IMG/VR virus record: IMGVR_UViG_3300025382_000013
Span: 1-50,987 of that record
DNA: 50,987 nt
Direction: 5' to 3' (one strand)
DNA from: a virus
Lineage: Duplodnaviria; Caudoviricetes
A program made the translations under genes and the position numbers. The notes under the pieces were generated by a model that was not told the origin of the DNA, searched no databases, and saw only the letters and a program-made list of their open reading frames with translations. Position 1 is the first letter of the stretch; every line of letters starts with the position of its first letter. Below, in pieces: positions 19,366 to 27,823 of this stretch.

Positions 19366-19563
19366 ATGACAGCACAAGACATAATCGATTACCTATATAA
19401 ACACACGATGACTCTGCATCCTACATACACTAAGGAAGAACATCAAGCATGGTGCTTGGGTTTTTTAGCCAGCATAGCGGTTGAAAAGAATCATATGGAT
19501 AATGTCGTATGGGCCCGTGTTAAAGAACGCATTGCGAGCTTATACGATAGCAACACGATGTAA
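19366..19563 (+). CDS. Hypothetical protein
   Basis: TAAATA at 19353-19358 just upstream. Confidence 0.55.
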   Translation: MTAQDIIDYLYKHTMTLHPTYTKEEHQAWCLGFLASIAVEKNHMDNVVWARVKERIASLYDSNTM

Positions 19564-19566
19564 AGA

Positions 19567-20004
19567 CCCCGCTGTACACATGTGTAGAATCGGGTGAACG
19601 CTCGCTCGCTCGCTGGGCCGGCGTAAATACAGTATGAGACACTTGTTCGAAACTGTACTAGACAATGAATTATACTATGTGATAGCCTTGACAGTCGTGG
19701 CTATTACGGCCTTTGCACTGGGAGTGCTGGTGGGAGTCATTGTACTGCTATAGGCCCCGCTGTACGTGTATAGCATATAGAGGGATTGAGTAACCATTTT
19801 AGCATAGCCTGTCTCGACCTCAACCATTCTCAATGTCTAGACCCTAGCCACACCATCCCCAGGCCTGGTTGTGATTCTTATTCAAGATTCTGTCACACTT
19901 TATTGCACTTTGTCACACTTTTCCACACCTTTCTATCTAAAAGACCCCGCTGTACGCATGTGCCGAGCAGGTGGGGAGATCTATTTCACACTTTTCGACA
20001 CCTT
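19567..20004. repeat. Iteron-like repeats (CCCCGCTGTAC x3 and 10-bp-period CACACTT units)
   Basis: CCCCGCTGTAC at 19567, 19755, 19945. TGTCACACTT/TATTGCACTT/TGTCACACTT/TTCCACACCT at 19891-19930. Confidence 0.7.
19634..19753 (+). CDS. 39-aa membrane microprotein
   Basis: MRHLFETVLDNELYYVIALTVVAITAFALGVLVGVIVLL. TAAATA at 19624-19629. Confidence 0.45.
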   Translation: MRHLFETVLDNELYYVIALTVVAITAFALGVLVGVIVLL

Positions 20005-20150
20005 TCCTTACGATAGATCAGGGATCTCTCCGCTATTCCCTACTAGTATAGACTATCCAGTGGCAGTCTAAGGGATAGTGACCATGTCTAATGGCTCTAA
20101 TCCTGAACAACTGTGTAAATACTTGTATCAATGACTGGCTAGGAGGCCTT

Positions 20151-20366
20151 ATGATACGCACTCGGAGTATGATACAGTTTACTACACACACTGTCAGCAT
20201 CACAGTGGATGATCGTGGTCATATACATGTATTCAAGTACAGTGATCGTGCCTGTGACTTTGATGTGTTTGAGGATCAGGACTTGGCCAGTGATTTTGTA
20301 TTAACTGCTCCAGCTGACTGCTACTATAGAGTCATTGTCAACGGGGACGATGACTCCTTCATATAA
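20151..20366 (+). CDS. Hypothetical protein
   Basis: AGGAGG RBS before ATG at 20151 and TAAATA at 20116. Confidence 0.55.
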   Translation: MIRTRSMIQFTTHTVSITVDDRGHIHVFKYSDRACDFDVFEDQDLASDFVLTAPADCYYRVIVNGDDDSFI

Positions 20367-20392
20367 CGAGATTTGAGGGCCCGAGACCGGTC

Positions 20393-20430
20393 CCAAAGTC
20401 CCTTTTGTCAAGCGGGACTTTGGATTTTTT
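20393..20430 (+). terminator. Rho-independent terminator
   Basis: CCAAAGTCCC-N11-GGGACTTTGG followed by ATTTTTT. Confidence 0.75.
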
Positions 20431-20455
20431 CGCTTCAAAACAACAAGATACAATA

Positions 20456-20568
20456 TGTGGATAACTCTGTGGACAAGGTTATTCACAGGTTTATCCACTG
20501 TCAATCTCTCTTGACGAGGGGTACCGTCACCAAAACCATCGCCAAAAGTTATTCACAGGTCGTCCACA
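20456..20568. other. DnaA-box cluster, candidate replication origin
   Basis: TGTGGATAA 20456 (perfect, minus), TGTGGACAA 20468, TTATTCACA 20479, TTATCCACT 20491, TTATTCACA 20549, TCGTCCACA 20560. Located at the gene strand switch. Confidence 0.7.
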
Positions 20569-20630
20569 CCTGATAATAACGCCCAGCCTCCACGTCCATC
20601 CCCAGTGAGTGCTGTTCGAACCATACCACT

Positions 20631-20659
20631 ATTATAGCACCAAAATCGCTACCAGTCAA
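20631..20659 (-). promoter_or_regulatory. Divergent sigma70 promoter pointing at the DnaA boxes
   Basis: TTGACT-N17-TATAAT on minus strand. Confidence 0.7.
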
Positions 20660-20738
20660 CAACCCTACAGCCGAAAGGGTCTTTGACAAGTTTGCCAAAG
20701 TGCGTTATAATAACGACTTAGCAACAAAGGAGCGTACA

Positions 20739-21002
20739 ATGTTTAACACACTAGCAAAAGCAAAACTAGTATACAATAAAAAAGTACAAGCGTATAAACT
20801 AGTAGTAGCGTTTAACGTACACACTACTACACGCGAGGACAAAAACGGTAATGAGAAAGTAGTACACTTGTTCCCAGTACAAAGCAAGTGTGCCTATGTT
20901 AGTGGGGACTTACTTAAAAGTAACTTAAAAAACGAGCTTGCTAATGCGTTAAAACACGCTAAAGCAACAGCTCGCACAGACAATATTGTATTTGTAAGCT
21001 AA
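20739..21002 (+). CDS. Early hypothetical protein
   Basis: Own promoter and RBS. Start reassigned to MFNTLA. Confidence 0.7.
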   Translation: MFNTLAKAKLVYNKKVQAYKLVVAFNVHTTTREDKNGNEKVVHLFPVQSKCAYVSGDLLKSNLKNELANALKHAKATARTDNIVFVS

Positions 21003-21081
21003 AGCATTAATACATAGCACACTTGCTCTTTTTGCCCGAGTGTGCTATAATTAGTTTTTTAAGCAGTACAAAGGAGCCAAC

Positions 21082-21345
21082 ATGTTACAATGCCCATTCA
21101 ACACACTGGACGACAATGCTAAATTTGCTTATGCTGTAAGCGAAACATACAAAGCAATAGCTAACAGCACTGACGCTGTAATTTACAGCCAAAGTAGCGA
21201 CGACGACACTATAGTGGACTTTATGCGCGACGCAGTTAGCAGTGACATTTACAACTACGTTATAAGTGACGCTTGCGCTTACGACCTGTTTATCGAATGC
21301 ATTTTTGCACTACACAACACAATGCAATTACCCGGAGCGCAGTAG
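21082..21345 (+). CDS. Early hypothetical protein
   Basis: Own promoter and RBS. Confidence 0.7.
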   Translation: MLQCPFNTLDDNAKFAYAVSETYKAIANSTDAVIYSQSSDDDTIVDFMRDAVSSDIYNYVISDACAYDLFIECIFALHNTMQLPGAQ

Positions 21346-21406
21346 GGTTATTTGACAAGTTAGCCAAACGGCAGTATAATAAACACTTAGCAACACAGGA
21401 GCGCAT

Positions 21407-21673
21407 ATGACACAAGCAATACAACTGGACGATAACTTAACACTAGTAATAAATGACATGACAGCTACTTACTACTACAATGGCGGGGAGTTTGTGTTTA
21501 CAGGGGAGCAAGCGTTTGGGGAGTGCTGGATTAACAATGTACACTACAATTACAACATTGACAGCAATGAAATAATGTATATTACTAACATGGACGGCGC
21601 TATTGCGTATGTAGCTAAAAATGCTTACAGCGAAGACGACATGTATGCGTTTATTAAAACTGTACTAAGTTAA
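21407..21673 (+). CDS. Early hypothetical protein
   Basis: Own promoter and RBS. Confidence 0.7.
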   Translation: MTQAIQLDDNLTLVINDMTATYYYNGGEFVFTGEQAFGECWINNVHYNYNIDSNEIMYITNMDGAIAYVAKNAYSEDDMYAFIKTVLS

Positions 21674-21752
21674 AGGGTTAATACATAGCACACTTGACAG
21701 TTTGGGTTGAGTGTGCTATAATTAATTTTTTAACACAGCACTAGGAGTGCAA

Positions 21753-21908
21753 ATGAAAGATACAATACTTGCTAAACTAGCGGAAGTGGAAGCTATGCTG
21801 TTAACTGCAACATGCGATGGGGTACAACTAGCGGAACTGGAGTGCTTTAACGAGTTAGAGAACGCAATGAGCACACTATTGCAAACAGTTGACTACTACG
21901 TGGATTAA
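21753..21908 (+). CDS. Early 51-aa acidic protein (not in ORF track)
   Basis: MKDTILAKLAEVEAMLL...QTVDYYVD. Own promoter and AGGAG. Confidence 0.65.
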   Translation: MKDTILAKLAEVEAMLLTATCDGVQLAELECFNELENAMSTLLQTVDYYVD

Positions 21909-21940
21909 TGTTATAATTGTTTTTTAATAGGAGCGAAACT

Positions 21941-22327
21941 ATGCAAACATACACAACACTACACACAAGCGGTGGCGGTTACTGGTCTGGCAAAGCTCGA
22001 GCAGTAGACATTACTAAGCTGGACTTGCAGTACTGTACACAAGAGAAAAATTTTGGCGAGCTGTGCGTGTACTTTAGCCCTGCTAGCTGGAATACAGCAG
22101 TAGACGGATTAATTTACTCAGACCCATTATTTTTACAAACACTACGCACATACCTGCAAACAATCGGGTTTACAGAAGGCGAAGCTAACGACGTGGACTA
22201 TAGCGAACAAGGTATGCAAACGGACGAGTATGTTAGCTTTGACGTTGCTAGTACTTTTATTGCAGGGCTAGAGCGTTTAGACCCTAGTACTGTAGAGCGT
22301 GTTTGGGCAGAGTGCTTAGATGTTTAA
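21941..22327 (+). CDS. Early hypothetical protein
   Basis: GGAGCGAA RBS. GLIY.D..F and YSEQGMQ...YVSFD motifs. Confidence 0.7.
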   Translation: MQTYTTLHTSGGGYWSGKARAVDITKLDLQYCTQEKNFGELCVYFSPASWNTAVDGLIYSDPLFLQTLRTYLQTIGFTEGEANDVDYSEQGMQTDEYVSFDVASTFIAGLERLDPSTVERVWAECLDV

Positions 22328-22544
22328 TAACGCAGTGCAGTGGGCCGGCACGGCCTGCTTCATGTGTATGTACACATTAATGTCGTTCTTCCCACAGCTC
22401 AACAGCTACAGCATCTTAGCTGGGTTTTGTGGGGGCTTGCTGTACATGATATGGAGTTTACGTGTGCGCAACTGGCCACAGACGCTGACTAACGTTGTGT
22501 CAATAACCATTTGCGCAATAGGGTTATACAAGTACTTTGCTTGA
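22320..22544 (+). CDS. Early small membrane protein
   Basis: Three hydrophobic segments. Confidence 0.6.
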   Translation: MFNNAVQWAGTACFMCMYTLMSFFPQLNSYSILAGFCGGLLYMIWSLRVRNWPQTLTNVVSITICAIGLYKYFA

Positions 22545-22596
22545 CAGCCCGCCCATTTGACAGTATAATTAACACATAGCAACAAAGGAGCACACA

Positions 22597-22821
22597 ATGT
22601 CAAAAGCACTAGTAAAACGCATTAACACTGCATTTGGGAAAATTTACGACATGGGAGACAGCGGGCTTGACTACTTAGACGGGCATAGTGTACTAAACGC
22701 TAACTTAATGCAACACTTTTATGACAACACACTTGACACACTCTCAAAAGACATGCTAGAGGCGCTGGCTGTACAGTTAGAGACAGTAGTAGAGGACGCA
22801 GAGTTTGACTTAGAAGCATAA
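22597..22821 (+). CDS. Early hypothetical protein
   Basis: Own promoter and RBS. Confidence 0.7.
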   Translation: MSKALVKRINTAFGKIYDMGDSGLDYLDGHSVLNANLMQHFYDNTLDTLSKDMLEALAVQLETVVEDAEFDLEA

Positions 22822-22924
22822 GCAGAGTGGTGTTGTAGAAATACAACACCACCTAGGTTCGGTTGACAACTCAACCCAAACTTGCTATAATACTAACATC
22901 AACAACACACAAGGAGCGAAACTT

Positions 22925-23134
22925 ATGTCAGGCATTTACGACGTTGTTCAAAACCCAATCCCAAAGACCGGATTGTTTGCAACCCCAGAGAGCTTGGACC
23001 AGCTGATGGAGTACTGCCAACGCTTTAATGGGCAAGAGCGCATTATTGCTATCACTGTAGCCACTATGGCCCTTAACTTGGCACACGAGCTGGTTGAGGA
23101 CCGGATCTTGTCTAAAGAAGTGTTTTGCGGTTGA
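22925..23134 (+). CDS. Early hypothetical protein
   Basis: Own promoter and RBS. Confidence 0.7.
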   Translation: MSGIYDVVQNPIPKTGLFATPESLDQLMEYCQRFNGQERIIAITVATMALNLAHELVEDRILSKEVFCG

Positions 23135-23188
23135 CAGTTTGGCTAGAAGTTGCTATAATTAACACTTAAACACATTAAGGAGCGAAAC

Positions 23189-23677
23189 ATGGGTACACGT
23201 TCAATGATTGCTATCCAAAACCCTTACAACAAAACTGTTCGTGCAGTTTATTGTCACTGGGATGGCTACTTGGAGCACAACGGTGCTATTCTGCAAAAGC
23301 ACTACAGCAACAGCCCTAAGGTCAATAACTTGATTGCACTGGGTGACATTAGCTCACTACGTAGTGAAATTGGTGAGAAGCATGCCTTTAGTCGACTTGA
23401 AACGCCAATGGACGACGAGGCTTACGACAAGCTCTACGGCAACATGACTACTTACTACGGGCGTGACAGAGGTGAGACTGGCACTGAGTTCAAAGTGTTT
23501 AAGACACTTGCTGAAGCTGAGGAGCACTATGGATGGAGTGACTACTTCTATTGCTTCAAGTACACCAAGTCAAGTGACTACACATTGGGTGAGTGGCACT
23601 ATAAGAAAGCAGGCGAGCGTTGGAAGAAACTTGCTCCAGCTATTCGTAAGCTCGACCCAAAAGAGTGCGCTGAATAA
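23189..23677 (+). CDS. Early conserved phage protein (MGTRS...YCHWDGY family)
   Basis: MGTRS.I, VYCHWDGY, LI.LGD.SSL, Y.RDRGE motifs. Confidence 0.75.
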   Translation: MGTRSMIAIQNPYNKTVRAVYCHWDGYLEHNGAILQKHYSNSPKVNNLIALGDISSLRSEIGEKHAFSRLETPMDDEAYDKLYGNMTTYYGRDRGETGTEFKVFKTLAEAEEHYGWSDYFYCFKYTKSSDYTLGEWHYKKAGERWKKLAPAIRKLDPKECAE

Positions 23678-23754
23678 CCCTACAACTAGAACGGGTATTG
23701 ACAACATACCCGTTCTATTGTATAATACACACATAGACAACAAAGGAGCGAGCG

Positions 23755-24090
23755 ATGGGATACTTTACAGATACAGCATTTGACAGCACATTGGACATGA
23801 TTGACGCTGTGAACGAAGTGGTTGAGCGTCATGTACGCAAGATGGAAAGCTGTAGCCCTACAGAGTTGGGCTTGGATGTACGCTGTGGTCCTGTGTACAT
23901 TGACAGGGATGAGGAAGTGATTGCTGTTACTCATTCCAGTGCTATTGACTACTATGGCGGGTTCGAGTACATTAAAGAAGGTGAAGGACGCATGGTCTGC
24001 GGAGACTATACATTCTTCAACACAGAGTCCAGTCGTGTGCAAGACTGCTTTGATCACTTGAACGAAGTGGATGAGGAAGAAGTTGAGTAA
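23755..24090 (+). CDS. Early acidic hypothetical protein
   Basis: Own promoter and RBS. ELGLD.RC, DYYGGFEY. Confidence 0.7.
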   Translation: MGYFTDTAFDSTLDMIDAVNEVVERHVRKMESCSPTELGLDVRCGPVYIDRDEEVIAVTHSSAIDYYGGFEYIKEGEGRMVCGDYTFFNTESSRVQDCFDHLNEVDEEEVE

Positions 24091-24158
24091 GTTGAAGGGT
24101 TATTGACAGTCTGCTCGTTTGGCGCTATAATAAAGACTTAGCAACAAAGGAGCAGACA

Positions 24159-24230
24159 ATGGAATGTACCTATTGCAGAAAGTGGCACTGGAAGGGATTT
24201 GAAGTTTGTAAAGACCGTCCAAAACAATAG
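24159..24230 (+). CDS. 23-aa Cys/His microprotein
   Basis: MECTYCRKWHWKGFEVCKDRPKQ. Dedicated promoter (24103) and AAGGAG RBS. Confidence 0.6.
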   Translation: MECTYCRKWHWKGFEVCKDRPKQ

Positions 24231-24269
24231 GTTATTGACAGGTTAGGGTCTATGTGCTATAATAAGCAC

Positions 24270-24650
24270 ATAGACAGTTAGGAAAGCATTAAAGGTTACC
24301 TACATCGCTAGGCGCCCAGGTAGAGGACAGTATCGACGGATACGCTTGAACTGGGGCATGAAACAGGGGCAACCCGGAGAAGCGGCGATAGTAAGTAGGC
24401 AGTAATGACGAAGGCGACTAGTCCAATAGACGGTATTGGCAGCCAGTCCGGAGTTCCTTTAGTACTTTCCTAACTGTAGGGTGCTGGCCTTAGGGCGGTA
24501 CTTAAACGACACAACTGTGCGCCTAATCTAACATCGCTGAGGGACAAGTGCGTTCCTGTGGGGCTAGCTATAGGCTAGCGATTAACAAGAGTCCCCACAA
24601 AACCTGCTAGTCGACCCGGGTGAGACTTCTCAAAACCCTCCCGGAACAAT
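24270..24650 (+). ncRNA. Candidate structured ncRNA (unknown class)
   Basis: Own TTGACA-N17-TATAAT promoter, no RBS and no ORF in the track. 22-bp closing stem 24274-24295/24456-24477 plus many internal hairpins. Confidence 0.65.
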
Positions 24651-24716
24651 TCGGTTGACGTAGAGCGAAATCTGCGTTATAATATAGACATATTAACACA
24701 CTAAGGAGCGAAACTT

Positions 24717-24956
24717 ATGCGTACTATTTCTACTAAAAACAACGGTAACATCTACGAGATGTCTATCACAGAAGCCATTGAGATTGTTCAGGCTTATCAA
24801 AAAGTCAACAAACTCCCCGGTCTACTAGAGACAGCACAAGAGATGCGAGCTAAGGCTTTGCTAGACGAACTGCCTACAATACAAAAGGTTGCTATTCGCA
24901 GATTCTTAAAAGACATGGCTCAATTGTTTGCTCCCCGTGAGGCAGAAACATTATGA
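24717..24956 (+). CDS. Early hypothetical protein
   Basis: Own promoter and RBS. Confidence 0.7.
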   Translation: MRTISTKNNGNIYEMSITEAIEIVQAYQKVNKLPGLLETAQEMRAKALLDELPTIQKVAIRRFLKDMAQLFAPREAETL

Positions 24957-25225
24957 CAGGCTTTGCAACAAAGAAGGCTATGGCGATTGCTAAACTAACA
25001 GGAGCAGGTATGAAAACAGTTAGAGTTGAAACATTGATTGCACAAGAACTTGAAGTGCCCGATAGTTGGGAGCGCGAGGATGTCTACGACTTCTTGGCCG
25101 AATACCAAAGTTTTCGCACAGCCTTCCAGGGTGTGAGCAATACAGAGCAGACAGCCCGCATCGTTGATTTGGGTGTGGTAACAGAAGAAGTAACTGAAAT
25201 GGGAGATGAAGCATATGACGACTGA
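24953..25225 (+). CDS. Early hypothetical protein
   Basis: Alternative start at 25010 after AGGAG. Confidence 0.6.
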   Translation: MTGFATKKAMAIAKLTGAGMKTVRVETLIAQELEVPDSWEREDVYDFLAEYQSFRTAFQGVSNTEQTARIVDLGVVTEEVTEMGDEAYDD

Positions 25226-25451
25226 ACGATATACACTGAGCGACGTTGCCTACGACATTGAGCAACTCTACATCGAAGGCTACAAGCCTATCTCAATTGC
25301 CGCTAGGCTTGAGATCCCCGTAGACATGGTCTACGATTGGCTAGAGTCTACCAACCTAGAGGATGAGGTGGATGCCCAGGATTGGGACGAGATTGAAGCT
25401 GATTCCGCTGATCCTTGGTCTGTGATCGAAGACCCTCACTTGATAGACTAA
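25206..25451 (+). CDS. Small acidic protein with HTH-like segment
   Basis: LY.EG.....IA.RL.IP...VY.W. Confidence 0.55.
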   Translation: MKHMTTERYTLSDVAYDIEQLYIEGYKPISIAARLEIPVDMVYDWLESTNLEDEVDAQDWDEIEADSADPWSVIEDPHLID

Positions 25452-25452
25452 C

Positions 25453-25695
25453 ATGAAGGGCCTTATTACCAACGAATGGGACAGGGACAACCTAGAGTTC
25501 CTGCTCAACACCAAGGGCGATGCGTTCAAGGCTTGGTTCGCCCAGGCCGACGAGGATGACAAGGCCTATGCCCAGGAACTGATGGATGCCTACAGCAGGG
25601 AGCTCAAACTCCGTGCAGAAGAGCTGGAGATTGAAGCCCGCCTAGACAATACCCAGGAAGCCCTCATGGTTATTGACAAGATTAGGAAACTCTAG
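25453..25695 (+). CDS. Early hypothetical protein
   Basis: DR.NL.FLL...W......DD..YA.EL. Confidence 0.65.
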   Translation: MKGLITNEWDRDNLEFLLNTKGDAFKAWFAQADEDDKAYAQELMDAYSRELKLRAEELEIEARLDNTQEALMVIDKIRKL

Positions 25696-25732
25696 TATAA
25701 TAACTACTTACACACAGCAAGGAGCGAACCTT

Positions 25733-25999
25733 ATGAACATATCAACTTTGGAAGCCTATGTGGCACAGAAGAACCAATGGACCCGCATCTTTAAGGGCAA
25801 AGAGCTCAGCCTGCTCAATGCTCGGGATCGCCAGCGTATCGCTGACATGATTGATGCAGACATGAGCCCTGAGAACCTTACCTGCGATGGCGAACTGCCA
25901 CGCGATGTGGTGCGTGACAAGATGAACCGTTTGGTTCGTTGTGCCGAGCAACTGCTTTCGATTGATCCTAGTGTAACCTTTTACGAAATGGGAGTTTAA
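25733..25999 (+). CDS. Early hypothetical protein
   Basis: GGAGCGAA RBS and SPENL.CDGE motif. Start reassigned. Confidence 0.7.
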   Translation: MNISTLEAYVAQKNQWTRIFKGKELSLLNARDRQRIADMIDADMSPENLTCDGELPRDVVRDKMNRLVRCAEQLLSIDPSVTFYEMGV

Positions 26000-26000
26000 T

Positions 26001-26582
26001 ATGCCTAATTGGTGCAATAACTATCTAGAACTAACACACGATGACCCTGAGATGATCGAGAGGGCCAAGAAGGCCTTTGTAGATGGTCGTTTGCTTGATG
26101 AGTTCGTGCCAGTGCCCAAGGATCTGCATATCGTAGCAGGCCGAGTGGGTTCAGATCTCGACGCAGAACAGATCAAACTGGAAGAGGATACCAAACGCAA
26201 CCTAGAGGTGCATGGCTATGCCAATTGGTATGACTTTGCAGTCAACGAATGGGGCACCAAGTGGGATGTGGGCGGTGATGATATGCTTACAGAAGATGGC
26301 CCTAATGCTATCCGTATGAGTTTTGACAGTGCATGGGCTCCGCCTATTGCCGCAATGGAGAAGTTCCAGGATCTAGGCTTTAGGGTCAAGCTCATCTATT
26401 GGGAATCGGGCATGTGCTTCTGCGGTCTCTTTGATGAGAATGGTGATGACTACTATGACTACACTGATATGTCAGCAGACGAGATAGCAGAGTCTATCAA
26501 CTCAGAGATTGACGAGTGCATGAACATCACTGAAAGCATCCGTGAATGGGAAGAAGACAACGCAGAAGACGCTGAAGAATAA
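26001..26582 (+). CDS. DUF1281/YubB ferredoxin-like family protein
   Basis: MPNWC.N, WY.....WGTKWD, F.SAW.PP, Y.E.G..FCG. Confidence 0.75.
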   Translation: MPNWCNNYLELTHDDPEMIERAKKAFVDGRLLDEFVPVPKDLHIVAGRVGSDLDAEQIKLEEDTKRNLEVHGYANWYDFAVNEWGTKWDVGGDDMLTEDGPNAIRMSFDSAWAPPIAAMEKFQDLGFRVKLIYWESGMCFCGLFDENGDDYYDYTDMSADEIAESINSEIDECMNITESIREWEEDNAEDAEE

Positions 26583-26640
26583 GAGTTGACAGGCTCTCCA
26601 AAAGCCTGTATAATATAACTTTAACAACGAGGAAACCGTT

Positions 26641-26781
26641 TTGAAAACAAACCGACAGCTCAATACCGAGCACGATGAACGACAGCAGGACAAGGTTAGG
26701 CCCAAACAGCCAGAATATAACTTTAAGCCTTTAGAAGAAGTAATTAGGGCTTGGAAGGCTATGGCCCATGAGCAGACTTGA
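26641..26781 (+). CDS. Possible 46-aa protein (TTG start)
   Basis: Promoter at 26586 and GAGG RBS. Overlaps next start. Confidence 0.4.
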   Translation: MKTNRQLNTEHDERQQDKVRPKQPEYNFKPLEEVIRAWKAMAHEQT

Positions 26782-27028
26782 ATTCTATAGCAGACCTTTA
26801 GTAGCTTTTGATGCAGGACTCAAAGAGCATCGCGAGATCTACTATAGGTTCGTCAAAGAACGCAGTTGGGGGCATAGTCCTTACAGATTTATCGTTCCTG
26901 AGGATCACGGCGATTTGATCACTATGATTCAGCGTAATTTGATTGACTACTATGTTAGGCGGGAATTTGGCAAGAGTTTTGAAGCTCCCCAACCAAAAAT
27001 TCGCCCAAAACAGAAGAAAAATGGTTGA
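26768..27028 (+). CDS. Hypothetical protein
   Basis: RP.V.FD....HR..Y..F.....W...P.RF. Confidence 0.65.
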   Translation: MSRLEFYSRPLVAFDAGLKEHREIYYRFVKERSWGHSPYRFIVPEDHGDLITMIQRNLIDYYVRREFGKSFEAPQPKIRPKQKKNG

Positions 27029-27110
27029 CAACTAACTAAAATAGTTGTACAATTAGAACATGAACAAGGCGTTCATACTTTTTAACTTTAACACACACAG
27101 AGGTAACAAA

Positions 27111-27452
27111 ATGGCTACAGATAAACTTTTCAAAGTTGCAGGTATTAGTAAATTGAATGGCGAGTACAAGGTTCGTTTCGCCAATGATATGATGCGTATC
27201 AAGGTGCTGGCTAAGTCAGGTCACGAAGACATCCGTTTGGCTGATCTCGAAGCTAGCTTGACCAAGTTGGATGCCGCTAAGGTTCTGCTTGGTTTAGACG
27301 AGTTTGCTGATTCAATTGCTCAGAGCACAATCACTGAGTACATTGAAGACAACACTCCTAAGGCTAAGGTCTCTAAGCCTGTTGCAAAAGCAACGAAGAC
27401 TCCGGTAGCGAAGACTACCAAAGCAGTTGAGAACGAAGACGCACCGTTCTAA
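27111..27452 (+). CDS. Hypothetical protein with Lys/Ala-rich tail
   Basis: GAGG RBS before MATDKL and KVRFAND motif. Confidence 0.7.
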   Translation: MATDKLFKVAGISKLNGEYKVRFANDMMRIKVLAKSGHEDIRLADLEASLTKLDAAKVLLGLDEFADSIAQSTITEYIEDNTPKAKVSKPVAKATKTPVAKTTKAVENEDAPF

Positions 27453-27469
27453 ACTCGGCGTGACAACCA

Positions 27470-27546
27470 GGGCCTATAGCTCAGTTGGTTAGAGCAGAGG
27501 ACTCATAATCCTTTGGTCCCTGGTTCGAGTCCAGGTGGGCCCACCA
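27470..27546 (+). tRNA. tRNA with CAT anticodon, most likely tRNA-Ile2 (lysidine)
   Basis: Acceptor GGGCCTA/TGGGCCC, D arm, GAGGA-CT-CAT-AA-TCCTT, GTTCGAG T-loop, encoded CCA. C4:G69 and C5:G68 pairs are TilS determinants. Confidence 0.9.
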
Positions 27547-27562
27547 ACTACTAAATACCTTC

Positions 27563-27823
27563 ATGAAAGATTACAAATTCAAGTTGGTACGTGAGCTGGA
27601 TCTTATTATTCCAGCTATGAGTGAACAAGAAGCCTGGATCGAAATAACCAAAGTCGATCCAGAGCTTATTGCTGACGGCTGGCAGATCACATTGATCAAC
27701 AGCAACGAATCAGAAGCATTATCCCCTACAGCGCCTGCACAGGCAGATTCTACCTTTGACGAGTTTGAAGGCTTCGAAGACTACTCCTTCCTAAACCCAT
27801 CAGGACCAGCCACTTTAGGTTGA
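27563..27823 (+). CDS. Hypothetical protein (late-promoter driven)
   Basis: TAAATA at 27552-27557, 5 nt before ATG. Confidence 0.55.
   Translation: MKDYKFKLVRELDLIIPAMSEQEAWIEITKVDPELIADGWQITLINSNESEALSPTAPAQADSTFDEFEGFEDYSFLNPSGPATLG

Noticed and set aside
19786-20573. ORFs 19786..20016, 19871..20071, 20301..20504 and 20373..20573
   Set aside because: They run through repeats, a terminator and DnaA boxes, and have non-ATG or unsupported starts.
24274-24477. Retron msr-msd or group I/II intron
   Set aside because: Terminal inverted repeats are present, but there is no reverse transcriptase in the window, no interrupted gene and no recognisable catalytic core.
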